Assembly (NCBI RefSeq): GCF_037042905.1
Contig: NC_087255.1
Location: 5,146,001 to 5,210,000, forward strand
DNA length: 64,000 nt
Reading direction: 5' to 3'
Source: Lytechinus pictus
Lineage: Eukaryota
Shown here: one piece after another, positions 1-13,700 of the stretch
Numbering within the stretch: position 1 is the first letter of the stretch
Layout: each line of letters opens with the position of its first letter
Notes under the pieces: generated by a model
The model's database searches: none
What the model saw: only the letters and a program-made list of their open reading frames with translations
What the model was told of the DNA's origin: nothing
Translations under genes and position numbers: made by a program

Positions 1-28
1 TGCTTTTATTATGTTCATTGTGTTTACA

Positions 29-369
29 ATGCTTCTCAGTAGATATTCCCGTCGTTTAAACGTTAACAACGGACAAAGGGCAACATTTCCACATCCATAG
101 TGATAACATCACGTGATTTCACTTTATGATAATAATTTATGGTATCATTGATAAAGTAATTTTGCAGGGTCCGTGACGTAGCATAAAATTAGAAGGTTTA
201 CCATGCTTCTCAGTAAATATTCCCGCCGTCTAAACGTTAACAACGGACAAAGGGCAATATCTCCACATCCATATTGACCAAATCACGTTAATTCACTTTA
301 TGATAATTTCTGGTAACATTGATAAAGTAATTTTGCAGGGTGCGTGACGTAGCAGAAAATTAGAAGGTT
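29..369. repeat. Diverged tandem duplication, 2 copies, ~174-bp period
   Basis: ATGCTTCTCAGTA...AAATTAGAAGGTT starts at both 29 and 203 with scattered mismatches. Confidence 0.9.
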
Positions 370-1914
370 ATTCAAAAGGAGATGCACACGATAATTTCTT
401 TCTCCACGTTGTTCCCTTCTCCCATCTTGTGAAGTTTCTGATACTTTTGGTGAAGAGGAAGTTTGAAATGAAAAATAATGAATGAATTAATCAATAGGAA
501 TAAATAAAAATAAAGCAATTAAATAAATCCTTGAATTGTTAGGCTGAATATATTTCTGTCGACGGTTACTTAGTGACTTGGCAGGAAATTAGTATAGTGA
601 GCATTTAACTAATCACCAAGAAAGCTTTACGAACCTAATGGTCAATAATGACCGCATCTTTTCTTCGCCTCTTTAGGCAAATATCGACAGATTGTCCTAT
701 TTTCACCTTCTTGACTCCGGACAACTTGACCATTGACCGGAAATATACCCAGCAGTATAGTCAGACCATTGCTGACCAAAGCGTTGTCCGCCAAGAAACG
801 AGGGCTGACAAATGTCATTAGGGTTAAAGTAGCCAACTTCGACTCGAGTCATATTTATTAATTCTGGCATCGTATAATGAGCACTGATGTAAATTCTGAA
901 TTGAAGGAAAATAATATTGAAAAAAGATTATAGGTAAAATTAAAAGTGATATTGCGTTTTGATTTATCAGACTCGTAAATTTGTGTAAGCACAACATCGC
1001 AGTAGTGATACTTTTATGATGATAATGATGATGATAATGTCAATAATAATAATAATGATAATAAGTAATATAAAAAGCTGGATTTATTAAGTGCTTTTTG
1101 GCAAAGAATACAATGTGAGTATTATCTATAGTGTTTGATAGAAGAGCCAAGAATGCCCATTATTGACTTAAATTTGTACCTTTTCAAAGTTTCATACTAG
1201 TATACAATATTCTACCCCCCCCCTCCCCCCTCCAAAAAAAATATATATATGTATATTGTGAAAGGAATGAATGAAGATAACAATGGTAGGCGTAGCTTGA
1301 ATCAAGGTTCCTCAGAGCTATCTGCCCTTCGGAAAGTTGCCAAAGCTGTTGTACATGTAGAATTTCTCACATTATATATATATATCTTCTTTGTTGCATT
1401 CTTGTTGTTTTATTCCTGTTCATTCTCAAACATTTCCCAGCCAAAGATTATACTAATTGAAAAAAAACGCCAGATAAAACATAGTATACTTTTATTTCCA
1501 AATTGTCATTTAATCAGTTGGTTACAATTAGATATACCGGCAACCAGTGATTTTATCAGTTTCTGTAGTCCAGATTTTCTAAGAAGATTATTTTGTATAA
1601 AAAATAATTGTATCTATATTTTTCATCATTTTTTTCTGTAATTATTGAAAATTGTACGGATACATACCACTCAGAGTAATGGCTAAAGACCTCTGACATT
1701 TAATCTTAAATGTTAATTATAAATAATACAATGATTTATAAGGAACATCTGGTGTTCATGTTTTTACATAATAGTATAAATTGACATGTCAATTCTATTT
1801 TTTTAAAGAATCGATTTATGTAAGATAATAATATAAGATAACTGCCTATGCAATCTGTAATTTGTACTCGATATTGAATAGCGAGGAACACCATATATGA
1901 TAGATATTTATTTT

Positions 1915-2675
1915 CTATCTCGTTTTTATGCCAAGCACACATACAATTATTGCATATAAGAAGCTGTACTTTTCTATGATTTTACCTTACATTGATTACT
2001 GTATTACATCTTGGGGAAGCAGTGCAAAAATACATTTAGATAAGATACAAAAACTTCAAAATAAATATGCCAGAATGCTTTTGAAAAAAGATTATAATAC
2101 ATCACAAATTTCTTTGTTGCAGTCACTGAAGTGGCAATCAGTAGATCAGCGTATAAAATATCAGTATTGTGTTCTTGTATATAAAATAATTAATAATTTA
2201 GTTCCAAATTATTTAAAACCTTTAGTATGTAAACGGCCCGTGAAATACAGGACACGGTATTCTTTACGATGCCCCCTTCAGCTTCCCAAAGCTAGAATTG
2301 AACATAAAAGAAAATCTTTCGCATATGTCGGACCCAAATTATTTAATGCACTTCCTTCAAATTTACAAGTTTGTACCTCCTTGTTAGTTTTTAAAAAATT
2401 ATGCAAAGCCTTTCATACGAATTGATAAAGAGCAAAATGATATTCCATTGATTTACAATGCTATGTATGTATAATTTGTCACTTCCCACTCTATATTTTG
2501 GTGTTAATTGTTTCTGATGTTAGATATTTTGTATGTTGTATTTTTGATGTTGTTTGTTGTTGTTCATAGTTATCTTGACATGTATTTTAAACTGCAGGGC
2601 GCCTTTGTAAAGCAGTTTTAAGAACTGAACAGGCCTACCCTGCAGTATAAAATAAATAAAACAAAATAAAATAAA
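1915..2675 (+). mobile_element. 5'-truncated CR1/L2-type LINE 3' end (ORF2 C-terminus, 3' UTR and A-rich tail)
   Basis: ORF 1928-2425 (KLYFSMILPYIDYC...WG...LQNKYAR...LKWQSVDQR...SFAYVGPKLFNALP...FKK) is typical of the post-RT C-terminus of CR1/L2 LINEs. Hairpin at 2591-2646, then an (AAAT/AAAAT)n tail. 5' boundary approximate. Confidence 0.85.
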
Positions 2676-3505
2676 TATATATAAATAATAATAGTAGTTT
2701 ATGTATGCATATAAATATTTATTAAGAGGGATTCTAATAATCCAGTATCACCAAGCATTATGTAGTCATTAAATACAATTCTCTACCTCATTGCATTACC
2801 GTTTTAGTCGCATAAAATCGCAATTTTCGATAAAGTTTGTTTGTTCATTCCCCAATTGCCAATATGTAAAAAAAAATTAAGAACCAAGATGGACTCGTGC
2901 ATTTGTAAATCCACATTACTTCTCAGGTAATCTTCAATCACATTCCATAGGCATGGTAGACCCACTGGTAATGATTATATTTTTTTCAGTAACGGCTTGT
3001 GTCTTCTAACATAGCTAATAACTAATACTCGAAACAAAAGTATAGGAGAGAAGTGTTACGTGGCGTGAAATATTTTCACTCTTTCAAATTTTGTAATCAG
3101 CGAGTTTTATTTAATTCATTGATGGATATTTGCCTTCGCACCTACGGATCGAATGACGATAGCTGCATCGAACACAGATCGATTGAATAAGCTAAGTGTC
3201 GCAGCGGAAATGCAGATCGCCTACGGTTTGGCGGATAGCGCTGGTTACCTTTGTAGTAACCGGGATTGTGTCTAACCAATGGTCGATAAAGTAAATCATC
3301 AAAGTTAGTTATCTTATCTGATCCATTTCATTGTTGTAAATTACTTATTAAATTGAAACCGAGCAGCTGCAAGGAAATATTCATGGTATGCACTAGGATT
3401 GTTCAATTTATAGAATTATATTTATTGTTTTTAATACAGGGTATATATTAAAGTATTGAGCTTTTCCCTTTTAAAGGAACTGTCTGTAAATACACAGTGA
3501 ATATA

Positions 3506-3703
3506 CACAGTAAAAAACAAATAGAACGTTGTTTAAGCCTGTCACTTTAACAACAGGTTGTTTAAACTGTTTTGTAATTGTTTAAACTTTTTAACCAACT
3601 TGTTTAAAAAGTTTAAACAGCTGTTTAAAAAGTTTAAACAGTAGTTGTTAGAGTGACAGGCTTAAACGACGTGCTTAAAATTTTAAACAGCGTTTTTACA
3701 GCA
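3506..3703. mobile_element. CAC-terminal palindromic MITE (TA target), degenerate right end
   Basis: TA|CACAGTAAAAA start. Internal inverted repeat TTAAGCCTGTCACT.TAACAAC / GTTGTTAGAGTGACAGGCTTAA. Same termini as 10558-10777. Confidence 0.7.
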
Positions 3704-5529
3704 ATAAAAAACATGAACGTGTAAAATGATATTTAGTATATACAAGAAGAGATAATAATACTTTAAAATGATACGAAGTTTTACATTCACACATTAACTC
3801 CCGTCACGCACCCATTCATACTCGGCCTTAAATAAGGATACGAGTGTGTTCGTGTATGTGTGTGTGGGTTTTATTGTTTAATTTTTAATATGTAGCAATA
3901 AATAGGCTTGTATTTCTTTTAGTGAGCTGATGATTAAAATTGTATTCACGATATATTAGTTTCCTTGATTTAAGTATCACTTAATAGCTGCTAAGTTTCC
4001 ATCTTTTTCAATAAAATAGCGTTTTATGACTGCGTTTGATGGAAATTTCCACAAATACCAGTCTCAGAAATATAAATAACACAATCTTTATCATTCATCA
4101 TTATTGAAGATAATCGCCGAAATATAGTTTTGACGAAAAAGAATTGAATGAATTTTGCAAATAGACAAAGTCTTATCACGTTACTTACAATGCGTTATTA
4201 TTTGATATTGAAATGATTGAAACCGAGGTCGATATAATACAGTAGGTTAATTTGGGGTTATCAAATGTATCCCATACCATGCTTCCATCTTTATTATTTT
4301 ATTATAAGTGAAATGAGTGAGCCTTTTCAAGCCATTGGATTAGTCACTGGCTTTACATGTTGAATATATTATAAGATTACAAATAGCTACAAACACTTTA
4401 GCATAAAAAATACACCCGACTCACAAAAGAACAACATTACTTGAAATAAATTTAAACTTAAATGAGATTTTTTTTTCGTTTAACAGAAACCCCTTGTACA
4501 TTTACATGTTTACTCTGTTTTTACTTAAACGTCATGAGTCATTATTTTGGTAAATTGATCATGAATATAAAAGGAATATTAAAAAACAAGTCATATTATT
4601 TCGAGTGTAGAACATTTTCCTCGTAACTCGTAGAATAATTTTGATTTTTCTTCAAGATCAAGACATAGTACTAACACATGCTCTGCAAATGGCCATTGTT
4701 GTCTGACTAATTAAAGATACCAAGATTTAAAAAAAAACATATACAAATAAAAATTCGTTTCAGTTTATCAAATGATTTTGGATTCTTGTAGAAACGCATT
4801 ATTTTCTATGATGGTGGTGTGCGTGTGCATGGTTATTTAATATCACAGTGTAATCTGAAGCAAGTCTGAATATGATGAATGGGGGAAGCCTGTCTGTCAC
4901 CCTTCCACCGTTCCTAAGCCTATAAAAGGGATAATCTATTCATTGAACTGAACAAAATCTATATATCATTTTCATGCGAAAGAAAAGAAAGGTCGTCTGT
5001 AATTTCATAATTAGAAAAGGACACTCCACTCTTTGTATTGTCTTTGTCTACGTCTCTCCTCATCTTCGTCGCTTCCTTTTAATTTAGGTTTTATTATTTA
5101 TTTTTAATCATGCAATGTATCGAGCATACAAGTAATATTTCACGCAAAAGAGGGTCTTCATTAAAAAAATGAAAAAATACTATACTGTATCGATTGGTTT
5201 TATTAACTATTCAATGTTAAAAGCTCATGTTCTCCCTCAACATAACTTATTTTACAGGAAGATCAGATCAGTTTTACTCATTTGCAAAAGGAAAGAACAA
5301 CCATAGCTCGACACAGAAAAAATGTTATTTCTTTTTTTAATGCCAAATGTAAATAAAGCTTAATATATCATCCTAATGTTACTAGAAGCGAACAGAATTA
5401 CCACAGTTGATTATCATAATATTTTAATTATCATTAACATTCATTGTTTGGGCCTATCACTTTGGTCATTGTCACGACGAACATCATTGCAATCACAATT
5501 GTTATTCTTTTGGTAAAACACTAGTGCCA

Positions 5530-5630
5530 CCACCATCTTATCATGCACTTTCACCATCATCACCATTATCACCCCCATCATCGTCGTCATCATTGGTACT
5601 CCTTTCTCATCAATCATCATCACCATCATT
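5530..5630. repeat. Degenerate (CAT/CAC)n microsatellite
   Basis: CATCATCACCAT... low-complexity run. Confidence 0.75.
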
Positions 5631-5715
5631 TTTTTTTTCTTCCAACGAAAGAGTATACATCACCTGATTTTCATCAAATCACGTGATCAGTATCTCTCTT
5701 TCATCGCCCTTCTCC

Positions 5716-7065
5716 CAGTGGCGTAGCTACGGGGGGGCATGGGGGGGCACGTGCCCCCCCCTGAGATTTGGTGTGCCCCCCCAGGTGCCCCCCCCCCCTG
5801 AAAAAAATTGGCAGAGCAAAAAAAAAAGGGAGAAAGAAGAAAAGAAAAAAAGAAAAAAGAAGAAAGACAGAAGAACAAAAAGGAAGAGGAAGACGAGTGA
5901 ATGAAATAATGTGAGGGGAAGACTTGCAAAAAAAAATCTTTCATGTTACCATATAAAATTTTTGCTTGCGCTTCGCGCCAGAATTGCCTGTTCGATGAGA
6001 TTCATATCTTGCTCAATAGGCTGATATGGAGCAAGTTTTGAAGTCTATATACATAACATATTTTAGCTCGGACATCGAGCTTTCATTATTTTTTTCATTT
6101 ACAAATTTAAGTGCTCTGTAAAATGTTTGTTTTTATGGTCTACATATCAGCATTTTAAGCTCACGCTGCGTGGTCACATTGTTTGATTTGCCAAGTTCAT
6201 ATTGTCTAGGTGTATTCCATAATGTTCCATTAAACAAATGTATTCAGAATGCCCAGATTCTAGGTCTAAATCTAAAACATGCGCGGTGGCCTGCATGTTC
6301 TTTATTTAAAATGTACTTAAATTATCCAGTTTCACGTCAGAATATCAATAATTGTCTGCTCACGCTTCATGATCGCATTATTAATGATACCCAATCAACT
6401 ATATCCTATTTATGATTTACAAAATATGAATAGAGTGTCCCGCTTTTAGGTCTGAAATCTAAATTTTCTACCTCTCGCGCTTCGCGCTCGCATCAATTGT
6501 TTAGTTACATACCTATCCCATTTATTAATACAAAAAGTGCTTAGAATGACCATTTTTAGGTCGGAATGTTAAAAAAATTTGCTCGCGCTTCGCGCTCGCA
6601 TTATCGAAATATATACCGTCTTCGTGGGTAACTGTAAGCAGTCCTTAACAGGTCCCTTTTCGATAATGCTAGAACAGGTAATAAAAATTTCTGCTCGCGC
6701 TTGGCGTTCGCAGTAACCATCTAGTTACATACGAATCTTGTTCAGGATCATACATAACATTGCCCAGAATATTAAATTTTCAGGACAAAATACATAAAAG
6801 TTATTAAAAAAAATCGCTCGCGCTTCGCGCTCGCACTTTTTATAAGGCTTATTTCATGTTAATGTTGTTTTATAAGAATAAAACTAAGAAGTGACTGATC
6901 GGGGAAAATATAGGTGAAGATAATTTCGGGCACCGTCCCCTATTGGCGAAAGTCGGATCCGCCCTTGTGACACATAAACACACACACCGAAAAAATGGTG
7001 CCCCCCCTGAAAAAGCAAGGACCCCCCAGTGCCCCCCCAGGAAAAAAATCCTAGCTACGCCACTG
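5716..7065. mobile_element. hAT-like non-autonomous DNA transposon (1350 bp) with internal subrepeats
   Basis: TIR CAGTGGCGTAGCTA / TAGCTACGCCACTG. Perfect 8-bp TSD CCTTCTCC at 5708-5715 and 7066-7073. Recurrent GCTCGCGCTTCGCGCTCGCA motif. No transposase ORF. Confidence 0.92.
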
Positions 7066-8194
7066 CCTTCTCCTCATCCCCCACTTTACTCAATGATCAC
7101 CTCATCCTCGTCTTCTTCATCGCCTTCCATTTCTTGACCGATTGTCTTCTAAAAAACATCTAATTCCTGTCCGATTAGTCAAAGCCTCACTAATTCCGCG
7201 CAAACATAACTCCAGGCGATCGCCTCGCGACGCGACGAGTGCGTACGAGATCACGCAACGCGTTCCTGCCATTTCATATTTTTTTGGCGCTGCGAGCAGG
7301 CACCTCAGTTATCCGCCACCATCCCGACCCCTTCCAATATAATTACATCAATGAAAGTAAAATTCGTGAGAGATGCAATATTGTGCAATTACGATGCGAT
7401 TGTTTGTACTTGAAACATCGGGGAAGTGGTTTAGTTGGTATTACAAGTGTTTGAGGTGAATTCGAATTGGCTAAGGTAGGGCGAATGATCGGTATCACTC
7501 CCCCGGGCAGGGAACGGGTTAGAATGAAACAACTCGACTTGTCTAATCTACCCCTAGAGCAAAAAAACGGGCCAAATAATTATGACATTTTGACTCAATA
7601 AGCCTTATTGATGGATTGCGTGATCTGTTGTTGTTTCAGTCTTATTTTCTCGTTTCATTCTTGAATCAGCCTATTGAAATTAATTAAGTTAATCAAACCA
7701 TCAGGAAAACTCGATTTAATTTCACGTATTTGACGTATAAAAGTCGTAAGTAGATCATAAGTGAACCCATTTTGTTTTGTAGGATCCTTTATGGTAATGT
7801 TATTCATTCTGGGCTACAAATTACAATAAATAGTTTTTGGGAAAATGTTCATAATACCATCACCACCTAATAGCGGAAAATAATATAAACTTGCATTTTT
7901 AAAGTATATGAATATTTAATATTAGCGGATTTACGTCTATATATAAGCTCTGTACCATGGCCAGAATCGCATCCCATTCCATTTTTTTATACTTTTGTTG
8001 ACACTAAAAATGGGTAGTATTTTCGTCATCTCCCGTATTCTTGCATTTTTTTTAAAGAAAATCCTGAAATGCCTCTTTATGTAATTCCTTGAATTGCCAG
8101 ACCGCCTCATTTGCACATGTGGCTGTGCAAAAACCACGACTTTTTATTATCTTTTTATTTGAATCTATTACGTCTAATTTATCTATATGAATGA

Positions 8195-8252
8195 TTTCTT
8201 TGATTTTTCTCTTTGATATGGATTCAGCTGGTTTCAAGGGTTTCATTCTCCT
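8195..8252. mobile_element. Solo right end of the TTAA (Kolobok-like) MITE family seen at 60636-61240
   Basis: TTTCTTTGATTTTTCTCTTTGATATGGATTCAGCTGGTTTCAAGGGTTTCATTCTCCT|TTAA matches the end of the 60636-61240 element. Confidence 0.85.
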
Positions 8253-9728
8253 TTAAGGAAAACAAAATGAATCACAACTGTCACAAACCCCAACCAAGGA
8301 TCACCAACATGACCAATATGAGACTATTTATCATTTTCGAAGCCATGTAATGATAGTGATACAGCCATTTGATATTGTATTTATTTTCCTTCTAAACGCA
8401 ACCTCATATTTTATGATTTTTGTCGGAAGCAGAGGAGACAGGAATGTAGGGAAAGGGGGGATTTTTTGTCGGATGAATGAAAGATAGAAACAGTGGAATC
8501 GTCAGTGAGCGGTACTTATTTAAAAGGGTGCATTATCATGATCACATGAAAATTATAAGCTTGGTTTTTGTAATCCCCATCTATGTTTTTCTTCTAAATT
8601 CCCAGAACAATGATATTAAAGGTCTTTATTTTCCCTCTGTAAAAACAAACTTATAATTCATTTCTATCCTCTATGATCAAAATTGGAGACATAATGATAA
8701 AGAATATTTATAACAAATTCAAGAAAACGTGCCTATATACCCTATAAGATTATGTAGTTCACCCGAAACATATTAGTGAAGTACAAATTGTTTTTGATTA
8801 TGATGATGTTGCCTATAGGTATTTCATATAAAACCTTTTTAAGGTAAAATGACAAGTTAATTGGTTAAAATATGTTTCAATTAAATGCAAGCTCATTGAT
8901 CTTTGGCAATTTTTGTTTAATCATAGTCTTTCTCTCCATTGAATAACATCAATAAAGATAAACATATCATGGGTAGGCTTATCTATTTCACCCATTAAAG
9001 CCCCCCCCCCCCCGCAATTTCGAAAGGCCGCCCCTTTGTCACGAAGGTGGCTACGCCAGTCATTCGGGTCAGGTAGGTTAGATAAATGACCGCGAGGAAG
9101 ACAACTGTCACAATCCAAACAAATAATGACAGTCAACTCAGCCGTACCATCTTTGACAAATAGTGACCTATGACCTCTACTCATATTTATTATTCTCTCT
9201 CTGCCAGTATTCCAGACTCGCTCTCTTTCTATCTTTCATTCACGTCCTTATCCGAACAAACCAATTCATAAATTTATATTCATAATTACAAATAATATGA
9301 TACTGAAATTAGAGTAGTCTCCAAGCATTTAACCTTAAAGAGAATTGTGTTGAATATCCGTTGCTCGCCATACACAAAATACATTTAATTTTTTTATCAT
9401 TCACCTCTTCTTAAATATTTTTTTTCCGAGGGGGTCCTATATACGAAACAAAAGATTCGTTTCTCAGTTCGATGCAGTAATGTCGATTCGGGAATGTACC
9501 TTATACCGAATCAATGAAAAAGAGAACACTCAAAATGTATTTACTGAAATGATACCACTTTCCACAATAAAGCATCTATTCTAAACAGGGAATGATTTCA
9601 ACCGATATTACCTTTTTGGAACAAAACCAAATTTAATTTAGCTTCGTTGACAAGCCCATTCCATCCGATCAATCAACCAGCTTAACCCAAGCAAAATACG
9701 TATTCGATCTTTTACTCCTACCGATTAA

Positions 9729-10331
9729 AGGACAAGTCCACCCCAACAAAAAGTTGATTTGAATAAAAAGAGAAAAATCCAGCAAGCATAACTCTGAAAA
9801 TTTCATCAAAATCGGATGTAAAATAAGAAAGTTATGACATTTTAAAGTTTCGCTTAATTTTACAAAACAGTTATATGCACATCCTGGTCGGTATGCAAAT
9901 GAGGGGACTGATGACATCACTCACTCACTATTTCTTTTGTATTTTATTATATGAAATATGAAATATTCTAATTTTCTCCTCATTGTCCTGTGAAACAAAG
10001 TTTTATTCCTCCCTGAACATGCGGCATTAACATTGTTATAACATTTTATGGTTCAGTTAAGTTGGTCCTTGATGTCAAATTGGTAAAAATTGAAATATTG
10101 TATGATTCAAACAATAAAAAACAAAAGAAATAGTGAGTGATGGACATCATCGACTCTCTCATTTGCATATAACTGAGTTGTGCATATAACTTTTTTGTGA
10201 AAAATAAGCGAAACTTTAAAATGTCATCACTTTCTTATTTTACATCCGATTTTGATCAAATTTTCAGCATTATGCTTGTTTGATTTTTCTCTATATATTC
10301 AAATCAACATTTTCTGGGGTGGACTTGACCT
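9729..10331. mobile_element. Kolobok-like MITE with long TIRs and TTAA TSD
   Basis: TTAA|AGGACAAGTCCACCCCA ... TGGGGTGGACTTGACCT|TTAA. The arms are inverted over ~200+ bp (e.g. ATCAAAATCGGATGTAAAATAAGAAAGT and its reverse complement). Confidence 0.9.
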
Positions 10332-10557
10332 TTAACTATTGACCCTGAAGATATGTAGATAATTATCACCTTACCAGGCTTTATTATTATCATTTATTTG
10401 CCCAACACAAGCTGGTGATTGACACCCTTAATAGCTTTGCTAAAATGTTGGGTAATGGGTAAACTCGACCATGGATATGCTGGTTTAAATGATACCAAAT
10501 TCATGGTAAATCTTTACACTGTTGCTGAAGATGTCAAACATATATCTTTACCACATA

Positions 10558-10777
10558 CACAGTAAAAACGCTGTTTAAGATTTTATACAACGCTGTTTAC
10601 TATATGAACCTTACAGTATTTGTTTAACCGTTTAAACAATCATGTTTAATTTATTGACAATTAGATATTGAAAATTAAACTTTGTTGCTTAAGATTTAAA
10701 CAGTTGTTTAAACTGTTTAAACAATTATTGTAAGGTTCATATAGTAAACAGCGTTGTATAATTTTTTTTTTACTGTG
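10558..10777. mobile_element. CAC-terminal palindromic MITE, TA TSD
   Basis: TA|CACAGTAAAAA ... TTTTTACTGTG|TA. Internal IR TACAACGCTGTTTACTATATGAACCTTACA / TGTAAGGTTCATATAGTAAACAGCGTTGTA. Confidence 0.88.
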
Positions 10778-13700
10778 TATGGGACCAAATTTTACCCGGG
10801 AAATATACTTTATACATTCATATTGTGTAATTTCTACTCAAGCGTTTCACCAACATCCATTATCCCTATAATAATCAGATTGAATTCCTTTCCTTATGCA
10901 AGGTTAACTATACTTACCATCAAGACACTCACAGATGATCCATATTTTTCGCCACCATTATTATTGTTACCCCAATCCCTTTTTAAAAATTCTTAATGAG
11001 TGAACCCGTCCAAGTTCATAATACTTAGCACAAACCACTTTCTCTTTTGTGGCCTATTTAAAAAATCAACCCACCGACCACCCCCCCGCCCCACACACAC
11101 CCATAAAACTCTGGCAGTATCAATTCATCGCTCTAGCCGCACTTCACAACAACACACATTTCAAGTGCTTGTACTTTTATGAACTCTCTCACAGAGCTGA
11201 AGCCAAGCAGGCCCATTAGCCACTGATTTACAACGCCAAATTCTCTCCTCCTAAAAAGTGCATTTACATTCTTATTTTCCTTTCTTCCACTTCATCATAA
11301 GTCCTTCTACCAAGCAAATTGTGCCATCTTACCTGTTGTTTTTTGTGCCTGATCGGGGACAGGAAAAAAAAAGGGGAGGACGAAAAAGCAAAACTATACT
11401 TTCCTAAAACGCCATATTTTGCGCGCCAGTGAAACCTTCGTTTCTCCCGGGGGCGGTCTCCGGCCATCCCTTGTGGCGGGAAGCTGGGGAGTTTGCTTTA
11501 ACACTAATATTATCAAGAATAACAAGGTTTTAACATTAATGAAAATGCTCGCGGGACATATCACATTTCTGCTTAATCACCCCCAGAAACAATGTCCCAA
11601 TCTCTTGGTAGCATTACAAGAGTCGTGTGGTATTTTGCCATTGTTGAATAACGCCTTTGTCGGTGAAATTACTATTGTATAAAATACAACTGATCTACTG
11701 ATATTTGATTCAAATCTAACCGCCAACTGGAATTATCAATCTCTCCTATTTTTCTCTCCCATCCGTGTTTTAACTTTATTCCCATATTATCAAACGCTTA
11801 TTTTTTTCTCTCTCTCTCTCTTGCCATTAACTTAAGTGAATCTCCATGGAACCAATTGATATTTAAGTATTTTTTTCTGATTGAATTGAATTGTTTGATT
11901 ATTTCTAACTCAATAACTTCGAACGAAACGTCTTGAAAATGAAGTATCCATAAAAGATTATAAAAAAATATTTAGCGCTCGTATGTGCGCACCGGGTATG
12001 TAATTCTATTAACATCATGTTCGGAGATTTCATTTCAAATAGATATATCATAAAATGCATGAATTAACGAACATTCTGAGAGTATTCAATGTCTCGAAAT
12101 GAATTGATCGGATTTTACTTTTTCTTTTACATGATACGGGTGATTTGTACTTAATGCTTGGATACTTAATTCATTATTGGACAGGTTATATTACTTAAAT
12201 GAAAGAAAGAGAACGACAGAAGTTTTTAAAACAGCCCTTTTGTTCAAATTATAATATATTTTCATCAAAAGGGGTTTTCTAATTCTATAATAATAATTTC
12301 GTTCACTTGGCTTACCCAACATATGTTTTCGGTAATCTATCATTTTCCACAAACGATGAGAAAGTTAGAATTAATATTTTTATCCTTTTCCGCCAAAGTT
12401 TGGAGTGCGAATGAAGTATTATACAATAATACGATTTCCTCCCGATCAGTATTGCAAAAAAGGTGCATTACCAAAAAGGTTTCAGTAAACTGAAGTTTTC
12501 ATTTGATCAGACTCGGCTACTTTTAATTATGACTACCTTATCAATATCAAAAGCAGTTCATCTGAAATGATTTTACTACGGGCAAAATATTCATTTTTGC
12601 AAATGAAAATGATTCTCTCTAATACTGTCTTAAAACAGAAAATGCATTCTAGGAAAAGTAAAAAGATTCTGGCAATCAGATATATTATCATGAATATAAC
12701 GGACCTGAAACTTCATTTTAGCCGGCCCAAATGATTAGGGCCAGATAAAGCCATCTTGGTTGGTCCAGGATATTTGGGATTACCATCGTGGGCATACACT
12801 TCTCATGCGAAGAGAGCGCCAATTCGTGCCTATATACATTCTTCGGAGTTCCCGGCAACCGAGGAAGGTGCCTAGTCCATTGTAATTTGCCATAAAACTC
12901 CATGAGGTCCGGCGTATTTTTGGTGGCGAGTTAAGATGAAAGTTAGAAAGCAATGAAATAATGGATAGGGAGTATCACTACAATGCAATATGTGGTCAGG
13001 GCTACGGCTGTGGCACCGTGCCTGCTTGCAAATTACACCATTTATTGGATCGTTCCTCATATCTTAATAACATATAATATCAGAGTAATGACTATGTTGT
13101 AATTGTGATTGCTCAGCCAATGTTATTACTGTATAACTCGATTCGAATTAGCCACGTGCGTTGTTGAATAGACCCATAGTCATGTCAATGAACAGTGGAA
13201 TAAACCTGAGTATATTTAAAAAAATTTCTAAGCATCGAAAGAAGTATATACTGTTGCCACAAAACAATGTCATTGATCGTAATGAAATAATGTAATTTAG
13301 CTTTGTTTGTATTAGCATAGGGCTCGTAAGAAAATGACAAATTTAGAAAGATAGAAATATTTAGCGGTTACAAATTATACACTGCGTTGATATCTTTCCC
13401 TGGAAATGTATTGATTTCACATTCTTGAGGAATGCTATTGGCACATAATGACATTAAGCTTAATGGATGTACTCATGAAATCACTTAAAATTGGTATGGC
13501 TTTGGCAGACACGCACAAGCACACTATTTCTCATCCACACAATCAAATTTCCCTCACACACACACACACACACGCATTACGATGAAGGCATAATTCAATT
13601 TCTTCAAAAGGTTACGAGAAAAGCCCATACAGGATATGTTCTTATATCGCAAATTGCATATCAATGCATTGGTCATGTTGCTGTCAAATGGTGTGCCTGC

